From an uncultured Woeseiaceae bacterium (lineage in GTDB: Bacteria; Pseudomonadota; Gammaproteobacteria; Steroidobacterales; Woeseiaceae): a DNA stretch of 64,000 nt. Positions within the stretch are counted from its first letter, which is position 1; the number at the start of each line of letters is the position of its first letter. Below are positions 20,086 to 28,275 of this stretch, one piece after another. The position numbers and the translations under genes were made by a program. The stretch is from NCBI GenBank assembly GCA_964557165.1, contig CAZKZE010000005.1:2344-66343 (forward strand), given 5' to 3'. The notes beneath the pieces are model-generated. The model was not told where the DNA came from and ran no database searches. It worked only from the letters and a program-made list of their open reading frames with translations.

Positions 20086-20379
20086 ATGAAAAAGACCGCA
20101 CTCAGAGCAAGCGCACTTGCACTGTTCGTTGCACTGGCCGCTGGTTGCGCCAGCACAGATGAAATTCAAGCTACGGCTGATCGTGCCGCCGCTGACGCAG
20201 CCGCTGCTGCATCTGCTGCTGAAGCTGCTCGCGCAGCCGCTGATCGCGCTTCCCAAGCCGCTGCTTCGGCCCAGAGCACCGCTGATCAGGCACTCGCTGC
20301 CGCTACGGCATCGCAGGCATGTTGCGAAGCTAACAAAGAAAGCATGGAGCGCATGTTCCAGAAGTCGATGTCCAAGTAA
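20086..20379 (+). CDS. OprI/Braun-lipoprotein-like alanine-rich outer-membrane lipoprotein
   Basis: Internal ATG 20086 of ORF 20020-20379 gives MKKTALRASALALFVALAAGCAS (lipobox LAAGC). An Ala-rich helical body follows, ending ...QSTADQALAAATASQACCEANKESMERMFQKSMSK with a terminal Lys, like P. aeruginosa OprI (...[21 protein letters not shown], from memory). Confidence 0.8.
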   Translation: MKKTALRASALALFVALAAGCASTDEIQATADRAAADAAAAASAAEAARAAADRASQAAASAQSTADQALAAATASQACCEANKESMERMFQKSMSK

Positions 20380-20418
20380 TCAGGACCAAGACTTAGTAGC
20401 TTTAAGACTACAAATGCT

Positions 20419-21435
20419 CTATTCAGACGCCGCGCTTGTCGCGGCGTTTTTTATGCGCGTACCAACGACTTCGGGGATGCCATCTGACCGTCCGACGAGT
20501 TCTTCGACCCGGTCCCAATCGAGTTGCCCTGCCCGCTCCGCTGTCGCCGCAATGAACTGCTCGGTCACATGCGTCAATGGATCTTTGCTTTCGGGATTCG
20601 GCGCAGGTAACTCGATATCGGCATCGAGCTCCTCGATCTGCTCGAGCGACTCGTCAGCCAGCGGCTGTGCCGACTCGAGCAGGGGATGCACTTCGGCAAC
20701 GAGCTTCTCGCCATCCCAGCCAATCTTGACCGGAACGTTGATGATGCGCACGGGCGTCTTGACCCCGATCCTTTCGAACAGGAACTCAATATCCTCGGGG
20801 AACATGCGCACGCAACCGTGTGATACGCGCATGCCGACGCCGGCTGGCCGGTTTGTCCCGTGGATCAGGTACCCCGGCAGACCCAGGCGCAGCGCCCGCG
20901 TACCCAGTGGGTTTTCGGGCCCCGGCGGCACAATACGTGGCAGCGGGTCGCCCTCAGCCGCATGTTCTTCGCGCACCGATTGCGGCGGATACCAGGCCGG
21001 GTTCTTTGCCATCGCCACGATACTCGTCTTGCCCAGCGGCGTTTCCCAGTCCATGCGCCCGATGCTCATCGGGTAGGTATATACGTAGGCCGGCTCACCC
21101 TCCCTGGCCTCCGGGTAGTAATACATGCGGTACTCGGCGAGATTCAGGACGAGCCCTTTGCGTGGTCCCGGCGGTAACACGAAGCGGTTAGGCAGGACGA
21201 TTTCGGTACCCTCGCCCGGCACCCAGACATTGACACCGGGATTTGCCCGCACGACATCGTAGTAGCCGAGCCCATGACGCCGCGCAATGTCCACGAGCGT
21301 GTCTTCGTAGCGCGCAGTTACCGTCGCGACGGAGCCGATGACGTCATAGCCTTCCGGCGGCAGTTCGAAGACGTCCGCGTAAACGGGTGCGGTGACCAGC
21401 GTTACCGCGGCCAGGTGAAGAAACAGTTTGCGCAT
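20419..21435 (-). CDS. L,D-transpeptidase (YkuD/ErfK-YbiS family) with N-terminal LysM-like segment
   Basis: 338 aa with a signal peptide MRKLFLHLAAVTLVTAPVYA and YEDTLVDIARRHGLGYYDVVRANPG (LysM-like). Catalytic block YLIHGTNRPAGVGMRVSHGCVRMFPEDI. Confidence 0.9.
   Translation of the reverse strand: MRKLFLHLAAVTLVTAPVYADVFELPPEGYDVIGSVATVTARYEDTLVDIARRHGLGYYDVVRANPGVNVWVPGEGTEIVLPNRFVLPPGPRKGLVLNLAEYRMYYYPEAREGEPAYVYTYPMSIGRMDWETPLGKTSIVAMAKNPAWYPPQSVREEHAAEGDPLPRIVPPGPENPLGTRALRLGLPGYLIHGTNRPAGVGMRVSHGCVRMFPEDIEFLFERIGVKTPVRIINVPVKIGWDGEKLVAEVHPLLESAQPLADESLEQIEELDADIELPAPNPESKDPLTHVTEQFIAATAERAGQLDWDRVEELVGRSDGIPEVVGTRIKNAATSAASE
20427..20452 (+). terminator. rho-independent terminator after the lipoprotein gene
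   Basis: 8-bp GC-rich stem (acgccgcg / cgcggcgt), 5-nt loop, then a TTTTTT run. It lies inside the last codons of the convergent L,D-transpeptidase ORF. Confidence 0.6.
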
Positions 21436-22091
21436 TACTGGCCTTTTTCGTCCGCCTCAATGACCTCAGTCTCGCATTCTGCGGCAGCGAGCCATTCTTG
21501 CATAGCCTCGCTTTCGAGCAAGCGATGAGGATAGTAGCCCGCGGAATCCGGCAGGTTAATGCCATAGGTCCGGAGGCGAATCACGACCGGCGCGTACATG
21601 GCGTCGGCCACCGAGAAGGTGCCGAACAACCAGCCGCCACGATCGCCATAGTGCTTGTGGCACTCCGCCCAGATATCGATGACCCGAGTGATGTCGTCGC
21701 CAAGTTCATCGGGAATATGCACCTTGCGCCCCATGGCTCTGCAGTTCATCGGCATGCAGTTGCGCAAATGCTCGAATCCCGAGTGCATTTCGGCGGAAAT
21801 CGCACGCGCATGCGCGCGCTCGGCAGGATCCTCTGGCCACAGCTTTTTCTCGGGCCAGCGTTCGGCCACGGTTTCGGCGATCGCCAGCGAATCCCAGACG
21901 GTCACGTCCTCGAGTTGCAGTACGGGCACTTTGCCCGCCTCAGAAAACTCGGCGATCTCCTTGGCCGTCGTCGGCGTATCCAGGACGATTCGATGCTCAT
22001 CGAACTCGATGCCCGCTTCCTTCATCAGGAGCCATGGCCTTAACGACCACGTGGAATAGTTCTTGTTACCAATAATAAGTTTCGGTTTCAT
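21435..22091 (-). CDS. glutathione S-transferase family protein
   Basis: 218 aa. MKPKLIIGNKNYSTWSLRPWLLMKEAGIEFDEHRI...GKVPVLQLEDVTVWDSLAIAETV is a GST N-domain pattern. The stop overlaps the ldt start by 1 nt. Confidence 0.8.
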   Translation of the reverse strand: MKPKLIIGNKNYSTWSLRPWLLMKEAGIEFDEHRIVLDTPTTAKEIAEFSEAGKVPVLQLEDVTVWDSLAIAETVAERWPEKKLWPEDPAERAHARAISAEMHSGFEHLRNCMPMNCRAMGRKVHIPDELGDDITRVIDIWAECHKHYGDRGGWLFGTFSVADAMYAPVVIRLRTYGINLPDSAGYYPHRLLESEAMQEWLAAAECETEVIEADEKGQ

Positions 22092-22171
22092 TGCTCTGGA
22101 CCCGCTACGCTGTGGCTATGGTAAACCATCGCGCGTTGACCGCCATAGGGACTTGCCGTTAGCCTGTCCGA

Positions 22172-22717
22172 ATGAGCCTCAGGATATCCTTCGAACTCAC
22201 TGACCGCGACCTGCGGTTCTTCCGCAAAGCGCTCCGCCAGTCACGTGCAGCCGTCAAAGATGCGGAGGATACCGAAATAATCGAGGCTATCCGGGCGGTC
22301 CTCGAGGAAATTCGAGGCAGCGAGCCGTTGCCGGACTTCGTCGGCAAGCGCATTCCGGAGCTCGAATCGTTGATCAGCATGCTGACCGACGATGAATGGC
22401 AATTGCCCGAATCTGATCGTGAGCGCCTTCTGGCAACCTTCGTCTATTTCGCGGACCCGGAGGACATACTCCCCGACGATATCCCGGTTATCGGCTATCT
22501 GGATGACGTCATTATCATCGAGCTGGTGGCGCGTGAACTGCAACATGTGCGTGAAGCCTACGATGACTTCTGCGATTTCAGGGACGATTACGAAAAAGCA
22601 CACGGCGCCGACGAAGACCCGGTCATTCGCCGCGATCGACTGGACCGGCGACGTCAACAGTTGCACCAGCGAATGCGACGCCGCTCAGCGCAAGAGAAGA
22701 AAAGCAGTTTGTGGTAA
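22172..22717 (+). CDS. DUF1232 (YkvA-like) domain protein
   Basis: 181 aa. DPEDILPDDIPVIGYLDDVIIIELVARELQ is the DUF1232 signature as I remember it. Basic C-terminal tail; no obvious TM. Confidence 0.65.
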   Translation: MSLRISFELTDRDLRFFRKALRQSRAAVKDAEDTEIIEAIRAVLEEIRGSEPLPDFVGKRIPELESLISMLTDDEWQLPESDRERLLATFVYFADPEDILPDDIPVIGYLDDVIIIELVARELQHVREAYDDFCDFRDDYEKAHGADEDPVIRRDRLDRRRQQLHQRMRRRSAQEKKSSLW

Positions 22718-22805
22718 ATAAGGTGCCAGTCACCCTATTTCCGTTGATATCTTCAGCCTGGCGATAGCGGGTTTCAGGAAATAGGGTGACTGGCACCTTA
22801 TTTAC
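22714..22805. repeat. perfect 29-bp inverted repeat (arms 22714-22742 and 22777-22805, 34-bp spacer), member of the GGTGCCAGTCACC palindromic repeat family; likely bidirectional terminator
   Basis: Left arm gtaaataaggtgccagtcaccctatttcc is the exact reverse complement of the right arm. The arms contain the TAA stops of both convergent genes (22715-22717 and 22802-22804). Confidence 0.9.
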
Positions 22806-23770
22806 AGTCGCATCAGGACCGAACCCCACGTAAATCCGCCGCCAAAGGCTTCCATCAGGATCAGCTGGCCTTTCTTGACCCGACCATCGCGAATACCGAC
22901 ATCAAGCGCCAGCGGCACCGATGCCGCCGACGTGTTGCCGTGGTCCTGAACGGTCAGAATGACTTTCTCCATCGGCATGCTGAGACGCTTAGCCATCGCC
23001 TGGATGATGCGAATGTTGGCCTGGTGTGGCACGAGCCAATCGAGCTCTTCCTTTGTCATGCCGGCCTTGTCGAGTGCGGCCTGAGCTATCCTGCCCAGCG
23101 TCTTGACCGCGACTTTGAACACCTCGTTGCCCTGCATGATGATATTGGCTTCTTCGGTACCTGCCGCGGCGAGGTTTTTGGATACGCCAACCGGGTAATG
23201 CAGCAACTCGCGATACTGGCCGTCCGCTCCGAGTTCGCAGGAGAGAATGCCCGGCTCCTCCGAGGGCACCACGATAGCTGAGCCCGCGCCATCACCGAAA
23301 AGCACACAGGTATTGCGATCGCCCCAGTCGAGCAGCTTCGTAATGCACTCGGCACCCGTCACAAGTACACACTTCGCCTCGCCAGCCTTGACAAATTTGT
23401 CTGCAACTGTCAGCGCATAGATGAATCCGGAACACGCGGCCTCGAGACTGAAAGCCGTGCACGCCGGAATACCAAGGCGGTGTTGAATAATGGTCGACAC
23501 ATTGGGAAATACAACATCTGGTGACGTCGTGCCGGTAATGACCATGTCGATATCGGCAGGTGTAACACCGGCCGCATCCATCGCTTTCTTCGCTGACTCC
23601 ACGCACATATCGGACGTGGTTTGGTCCTCTTCCACAACGTGGCGGCGCTCAACACCGGTGCGGGTACGGATCCACTCATCCGACGTTTCGACTATCTTCT
23701 CCAGGTCGAAGTTAGTCATCACACGTTCAGGCAGGTACCGTCCTGTGCCAATGATGCGCGAATACGTCAT
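22802..23770 (-). CDS. fabH: 3-oxoacyl-ACP synthase III
   Basis: 322 aa. Active-site context SLEAACSGFIYAL, HQANIRI, GNTSAASVPLAL, and C-terminus GGGFTWGSVLMRL as in E. coli FabH. Confidence 0.93.
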   Translation of the reverse strand: MTYSRIIGTGRYLPERVMTNFDLEKIVETSDEWIRTRTGVERRHVVEEDQTTSDMCVESAKKAMDAAGVTPADIDMVITGTTSPDVVFPNVSTIIQHRLGIPACTAFSLEAACSGFIYALTVADKFVKAGEAKCVLVTGAECITKLLDWGDRNTCVLFGDGAGSAIVVPSEEPGILSCELGADGQYRELLHYPVGVSKNLAAAGTEEANIIMQGNEVFKVAVKTLGRIAQAALDKAGMTKEELDWLVPHQANIRIIQAMAKRLSMPMEKVILTVQDHGNTSAASVPLALDVGIRDGRVKKGQLILMEAFGGGFTWGSVLMRL

Positions 23771-24777
23771 GCGGATTCCCTCTCCAGTAGCCTGCCAATC
23801 TGCTGCGGCAATTGATTACGAACCTCGACGACGGCCGTCTCAATCGCGTGCTCGAATGCGTAGGCATCCGCGCTGCCGTGACTCTTGATCACGATACCAT
23901 TTAGGCCCACAAGAGTCGCACCGTTGTATTTGCGCGAGTCCATCGTTTCGGCGAGATTGCTCAGGACATTCTGTGCCAGCAGCGCCTGCAATTTGGAAAA
24001 CCAGTTGCGTTTGAATTCGCGTTTCAGATAGTGCACGCAAATACCGACCGTTCCTTCCACAGTCTTCAGAGCGACATTGCCCGTAAAGCCATCCGTCACG
24101 ACGACATCGGTCTTGCCTTTAAACAATTCGCTGCCTTCTATGAAACCGACGTAGTTTAGTGTGCTCTTGGCAAGCATCGCGGCCGCTTCCTTGACCGTGT
24201 CGTGCCCTTTGGTGTCCTCGGCCCCGATATTCAGGAGCGCAATCCGCGGCTGCTCGATACCGACAATATCGGCGGCAACAATCGAGCCCATTACCGCGTA
24301 CTGGAACAAGCGGTCAGCCGTTGCTTCGGCACTCGCACCGAGATCGAGCATGTGCACTGAGCCGCCGATGGCGGGCAATTCGGTAATAATCGCCGGACGA
24401 TCGATGCCGGGCAGCATCTTGAGGACGAATCTCGCCGTCGCCATGAGCGCGCCTGTGTTGCCGGCGCTGACGCAGGCGTCCGCTTCGCCTGTCTTGACAA
24501 GATCAATGGCGACGCGCATCGAGGAATCTTTCTTTTTGCGCAATGCGTCCGCCGGGGGTTCCGACATTTCAACGACCTGGCTCGCGTGATGCACGCGTAG
24601 CCGGGAGTCGTTTCCAATGATGGTGCCCACGAGGCCCGACAGTTCGCGTTCGTCACCGACAAGCACGAGTCCGATGTTGCGGTAACGGTCAAGCGCCGCG
24701 GCAGCCGCGCGCACGACGACCTCGGCACCAAGGTCACCGCTCATCGCATCAAGTGAAATAGTCGAGTGCGAACTCAC
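23767..24777 (-). CDS. plsX: phosphate acyltransferase PlsX
   Basis: 336 aa. ISLDAMSGDLGAEVVV..., VSAGNTGALMATA, GFTGNVALKT motifs. Synteny rpmF-plsX-fabH. Confidence 0.93.
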   Translation of the reverse strand: MSSHSTISLDAMSGDLGAEVVVRAAAAALDRYRNIGLVLVGDERELSGLVGTIIGNDSRLRVHHASQVVEMSEPPADALRKKKDSSMRVAIDLVKTGEADACVSAGNTGALMATARFVLKMLPGIDRPAIITELPAIGGSVHMLDLGASAEATADRLFQYAVMGSIVAADIVGIEQPRIALLNIGAEDTKGHDTVKEAAAMLAKSTLNYVGFIEGSELFKGKTDVVVTDGFTGNVALKTVEGTVGICVHYLKREFKRNWFSKLQALLAQNVLSNLAETMDSRKYNGATLVGLNGIVIKSHGSADAYAFEHAIETAVVEVRNQLPQQIGRLLERESA

Positions 24778-24820
24778 CGGCAGACTGGTCGGACGCGTTT
24801 CGCGCCGACCAGTGATGAAA

Positions 24821-25015
24821 TTACTCGTCTTCTTCGATCATCTCAGGCTGCGAAACAACCTGGTTGCCGCGATAGAAACCGTCCGGCGTTACGCGATGGC
24901 GCAGATGTGTCTCGCCCGACGTAGGGTCAACCGACAGCGCCGGTTTCTTCAACTTGTCGTGCGAACGACGTGCGCCGCGCGTTGCAGGGGTCCTGCGACT
25001 TTTTTGAACAGCCAT
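24821..25015 (-). CDS. rpmF: 50S ribosomal protein L32
   Basis: Internal ATG (25015-25013) of ORF 24821-25027 gives [40 protein letters not shown]. Confidence 0.93.
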   Translation of the reverse strand: MAVQKSRRTPATRGARRSHDKLKKPALSVDPTSGETHLRHRVTPDGFYRGNQVVSQPEMIEEDE

Positions 25016-25051
25016 AATTTTCTCCAATCGACCCGGCTATCAAGCCGAACC

Positions 25052-25609
25052 TCAGTTATCCTGTGCCATCTGATCGCGCAAGGCGGCAAAAGGCGTTGTC
25101 ATTTCCTCGGCGCTTTCCTCCGCCTCCGGCGAAAGCGCTTTGCACGAGCTTGAGTCCGCGTGCATCGCCGAAAACGGCAACGCCATGATCAGCAATTCTT
25201 CCACAATGTCCTGCGGCCGGAGCAGTGTCTCCTCCAGCTCCCAGACCTCGAGTTCGTCGAAGCCATCAGCATCCTGCTCAAGCTCCAGCAAGAGCAGATC
25301 GGCCTCCACTTCAAGCGGTAACCGGAACGCTTCGACACAGCGCTGACAGACCGCATCAACCGTTACCCCGACCCGGCAACTGACCTTCGGCAGCAACTGC
25401 TGCGCATCGGCAAAGCCGAATTCGAGGCTCCCTTCAACAGCGGAGTCGCGCCATCCCGTGGGCATTCTATCAGCATCGAGCGCGGCAAGATCCGCTTCGA
25501 CAATTGCCGACAGTTGCTCGAAATCGCCGATTTTCTCAGAAATTTCAATTACTTGAGCGCCCGCCGCCAAATCGGCCGCGGAGCGGCGTTCGCGTAGCGG
25601 ATTACCCAT
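25052..25609 (-). CDS. yceD: YceD (DUF177) large-subunit rRNA accumulation protein
   Basis: 185 aa, acidic, with the CQRCVEAFRLPLE pattern. Lies immediately upstream of rpmF as in E. coli. Confidence 0.85.
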   Translation of the reverse strand: MGNPLRERRSAADLAAGAQVIEISEKIGDFEQLSAIVEADLAALDADRMPTGWRDSAVEGSLEFGFADAQQLLPKVSCRVGVTVDAVCQRCVEAFRLPLEVEADLLLLELEQDADGFDELEVWELEETLLRPQDIVEELLIMALPFSAMHADSSSCKALSPEAEESAEEMTTPFAALRDQMAQDN

Positions 25610-25728
25610 GGCGCGCGCATGATAAGGACCGTCGCTGCTTAAGTCAAAGCCTTGGGGACATAAATTTCAGCCCGCGGCGCCAAACCGGGTAGACTTTGGC
25701 GTTCTTGTCTTAAGGTTTTGATTTGTTT

Positions 25729-26322
25729 ATGCAAAATCCGTCAGCACCGCAGATCGTCCTGGCATCGTCGTCATCCTACCGGCGGGGCCTGCTGAATCGA
25801 TTCCTCGACCAGTACGAAGTCGTCTCGCCGGAGGTCGACGAGCGCAACGACCAGGACCTTGGGCCGGCGGACCTCGCAAGACATCTCGCGCGCAAGAAGG
25901 CCGAAGCGGTCGCGCCCAATGCTCGCGATGCGCTGGTCATCGGTGCAGATCAATTGGCAGTAATCGAAGACAAGGTGCTTGGCAAGCCGGGCGACCACTC
26001 GAAGGCCATCGAACAGTTGCTCGCCGCATCCGGCAAGGCCGTGACCTTCCTGACGGCTGTCTGCATCCTGGATCCCGTCGGTCGGGCGCGCTACGAACAC
26101 ACCGACAAGACCATCGTTCGTTTCCGACAGTTCGACCGCCGCCTGGCTGAGGCCTACCTGCGCCACGACGAGCCTTATGACTGCGCCGGAAGCTTCAAAC
26201 TTGAGGGCGCGGGCTTTGTCCTGTTCGAAGCGGTGCAGACAGATGACCCGACCGCCATCATTGGCCTGCCAATGATCTGGGTTGCCGACCGCCTGCTGCA
26301 GCTCGGATACCTGTTGCCGTAG
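25729..26322 (+). CDS. Maf-like nucleoside triphosphate pyrophosphatase (YceF type)
   Basis: ORF 25723-26322; ATG at 25729. IVLASSSSYRRGLLNRF...VIGADQLAVIEDKVLGKPGDHSKA...YDCAGSFKLEGAGFVLFE motifs. Divergent from yceD as in E. coli. Confidence 0.85.
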   Translation: MQNPSAPQIVLASSSSYRRGLLNRFLDQYEVVSPEVDERNDQDLGPADLARHLARKKAEAVAPNARDALVIGADQLAVIEDKVLGKPGDHSKAIEQLLAASGKAVTFLTAVCILDPVGRARYEHTDKTIVRFRQFDRRLAEAYLRHDEPYDCAGSFKLEGAGFVLFEAVQTDDPTAIIGLPMIWVADRLLQLGYLLP

Positions 26323-26346
26323 CACCGTGAACGGAATGAAGAGTCC

Positions 26347-27360
26347 ATGATCGCGTCAGCTGCGCTTGTTCTTATCGGATTCTCGATCGTCGCGGCGCCA
26401 ATATTGCTCGTCGCCTACCTGTTTTTCCTGCGCGACATGGGAAAATCGAGACTCGGGTACATCGCTTGCATAGCTTTATTGCTTGCCATGACCGGATTGC
26501 AGCTCTATCACTGGTTCTTCTTGCTGCACGGGCTCGAGCCATTCGATCACCGGACCTATGTAATGCTCCAGATCATTACGCCGGCAGCGTTCTATTTCTT
26601 CAGTCGCGAAGTACTGGTCCCGGGAAGTACGCGTTCGCCCTGGAATTTCCTGCACCTTCTGCCGCTTGTCGTTGGGCTATTGTTGCCACTTGCCTGGGTT
26701 CCCATAATCGCTTTTGTCTTGGGCGCCGGGTACGCCGTCTGGTTCACCATGTTCGTGTTCGGCCTCAGAAGGCATGTAAATCGCTATTTGTTCGAGCTGT
26801 TCTTCTTCTGCTATTTCGCTGCGCTGGCGATCACAATGCTGGTTCTCGCGACGTCGGCGAAAGTCCTTGGTAACGATGTCTTCTACCTGGCCTATGCCTT
26901 GTTCACCGGAGCGACCTTTGTGCTCGTTACCGCGGCGATGATCTGGTTCCCGGAAATTCTGGATGACATGTCCGACGCTGCGCGACTTGCCTACGCGTCT
27001 TCGACACTCGGCGGCGTGGATATTGAAGGCAGGATCAAGGCTCTCGAACACGCTATGACTGACGACAAACTCTTCGAGAATGAAAACCTCAGCCTCGCAA
27101 TTCTCGCCGAGGCGGTCGAACTGTCGCCACACCAGCTTTCGGAACTAATCAACTCTCACGTCGGCTACGGCTTTTCTCGATATGTTCGCGAATACCGTGT
27201 TGCCGCGGCTAAACGCCTCCTGATCGAGGACCGCTCTGCCTCGATCCTCTCGATCGGCCTGGCGACCGGTTTCCGTTCCCAGTCGAATTTCTATGCCGCG
27301 TTTCAGGAATTGACTGACATGTCGCCCGGCAATTGGCGCAAACGTCACAGCGACAGTTGA
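26347..27360 (+). CDS. membrane-embedded AraC-family transcriptional regulator
   Basis: 337 aa with six to seven hydrophobic segments in residues 1-200. C-terminal AraC HTH: LSLAILAEAVELSPHQLSELINSHVGYGFSRYVREYRVAAAKRLL...GFRSQSNFYAAFQELTDMSPGNWRK. Confidence 0.8.
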   Translation: MIASAALVLIGFSIVAAPILLVAYLFFLRDMGKSRLGYIACIALLLAMTGLQLYHWFFLLHGLEPFDHRTYVMLQIITPAAFYFFSREVLVPGSTRSPWNFLHLLPLVVGLLLPLAWVPIIAFVLGAGYAVWFTMFVFGLRRHVNRYLFELFFFCYFAALAITMLVLATSAKVLGNDVFYLAYALFTGATFVLVTAAMIWFPEILDDMSDAARLAYASSTLGGVDIEGRIKALEHAMTDDKLFENENLSLAILAEAVELSPHQLSELINSHVGYGFSRYVREYRVAAAKRLLIEDRSASILSIGLATGFRSQSNFYAAFQELTDMSPGNWRKRHSDS

Positions 27361-27474
27361 GTCGTCTCCGGAATGATCAATCAGTAAGGTTATAAATAGC
27401 TGATTATTAAGGTCTTTTCAGCTTCTTGTTCCATTCGGGCCAAGCAGGAAGCCGGTCACCACCCTGCCACTTAC

Positions 27475-27505
27475 TGTCTCCTGCCTATCAATCGTAAAGG
27501 AGACA
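27475..27505 (+). promoter_or_regulatory. hairpin sequestering the Shine-Dalgarno of the 27509 ORF
   Basis: tgtctcct (27475-27482) pairs perfectly with aggagaca (27498-27505). The 15-nt loop is followed by ATG at 27509. Confidence 0.4.
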
Positions 27506-27508
27506 AAC

Positions 27509-27877
27509 ATGCTGACCACCGCAAATTACGTCATTTATCTCGCGCTAAGCATCTTCACGGTCGCTTATATTTCATCCACCCTGAATCGCGACGGGCGAAC
27601 CTTCCTCGTGGAAGGATTTGAAGGCGATAACAACCTCGCCTATGCGATCAGCCGACTCCTCATGGCCGGTGTTTACCTCATCAGCCTCGGATTCGTCCTT
27701 CTGCGTATGCGCACACGAGTGCAGATCGATACCTTTGAAGAAATGCTCGTCTACCAGGCCGAAGGCATCGGTCTCGTCCTGCTCGTGCTCGGCGTCGGGC
27801 ACTTCTTCAGCATCAACGTTGTACTCCGCATCGCACGGCGTGGGCTCGGCATGTACACGAGAGCAGGACTGAAATGA
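27509..27877 (+). CDS. small polytopic membrane protein, unknown family (122 aa, about 3 TM)
   Basis: Strong SD (aaggaga) 6-7 nt upstream. Hydrophobic segments YVIYLALSIFTVAYISS, LLMAGVYLISLGFVLL, GIGLVLLVLGVGHFFSINVVL. No family recognised. Confidence 0.55.
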   Translation: MLTTANYVIYLALSIFTVAYISSTLNRDGRTFLVEGFEGDNNLAYAISRLLMAGVYLISLGFVLLRMRTRVQIDTFEEMLVYQAEGIGLVLLVLGVGHFFSINVVLRIARRGLGMYTRAGLK

Positions 27878-28275
27878 GCAGTCTGCTATTCATCGTATTT
27901 GGCGTATTGCCAGTGGTCGCCCTGGGATTGCTGGCATTTATACCACTCGTCTTCGGCTTTGCGATTGTGCTTTCAAAGCCGGCTTCAGGCATGTTGCTGA
28001 TTGTCTGGGCCACGGCTGGGCTGTTCGGCGCCCGTACCATGTTGCAGATATGGAGCGGCACATATACCGAGAACACGACGCTCGGCCTGCTGGCTGGTAT
28101 CGCCGCTGCCTCCCCTCTCACCGTGCCGATCCTCCTGGACGGGCACGTGTCGAGCTCGTTTGCGTGGCTCTATTTCACCGTCAGTCCGGTAATCGTGGCC
28201 GCAGGATTGCTTGCGGACCGACTGCTATTCCGGCTGGATGGCGACGCACGAATCGCCGAGTACGAAGACGCATGA
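27874..28275 (+). CDS. small polytopic membrane protein, unknown family (133 aa, about 4 TM)
   Basis: ATGA overlap with the preceding ORF (27874-27877). Hydrophobic segments LLFIVFGVLPVVALGLLAFIPLVFGFAIVL, MLLIVWATAGLFG, LGLLAGIAAASPLTVPILL, WLYFTVSPVIVAAGLL. Confidence 0.55.
   Translation: MSSLLFIVFGVLPVVALGLLAFIPLVFGFAIVLSKPASGMLLIVWATAGLFGARTMLQIWSGTYTENTTLGLLAGIAAASPLTVPILLDGHVSSSFAWLYFTVSPVIVAAGLLADRLLFRLDGDARIAEYEDA

Noticed and set aside
19761-20162. 133-aa plus-strand ORF spanning the lexA promoter region and the start of the lipoprotein gene
   Set aside because: It starts inside the SOS boxes, crosses four hairpins including a terminator-like one, and overlaps the well-supported lipoprotein ORF in another frame.
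20117-21076. 319-aa plus-strand ORF
   Set aside because: It is antisense to the L,D-transpeptidase (SHGCVRM motif on the minus strand) and out of frame with the lipoprotein gene. It is a Pro/Ser/Arg-rich shadow ORF.
28207-28240. Possible third maf-terminus remnant: the C-terminus of the 133-aa membrane protein reads LLADRLLFRLDG, resembling maf VADRLLQLGY (about 12 of 14 nt at gcNgaccgNctgct)
   Set aside because: The similarity is limited to about 14 nt and 5 residues, with no extension on either side. It is compatible with chance in a GC-rich Leu/Arg/Ala context.
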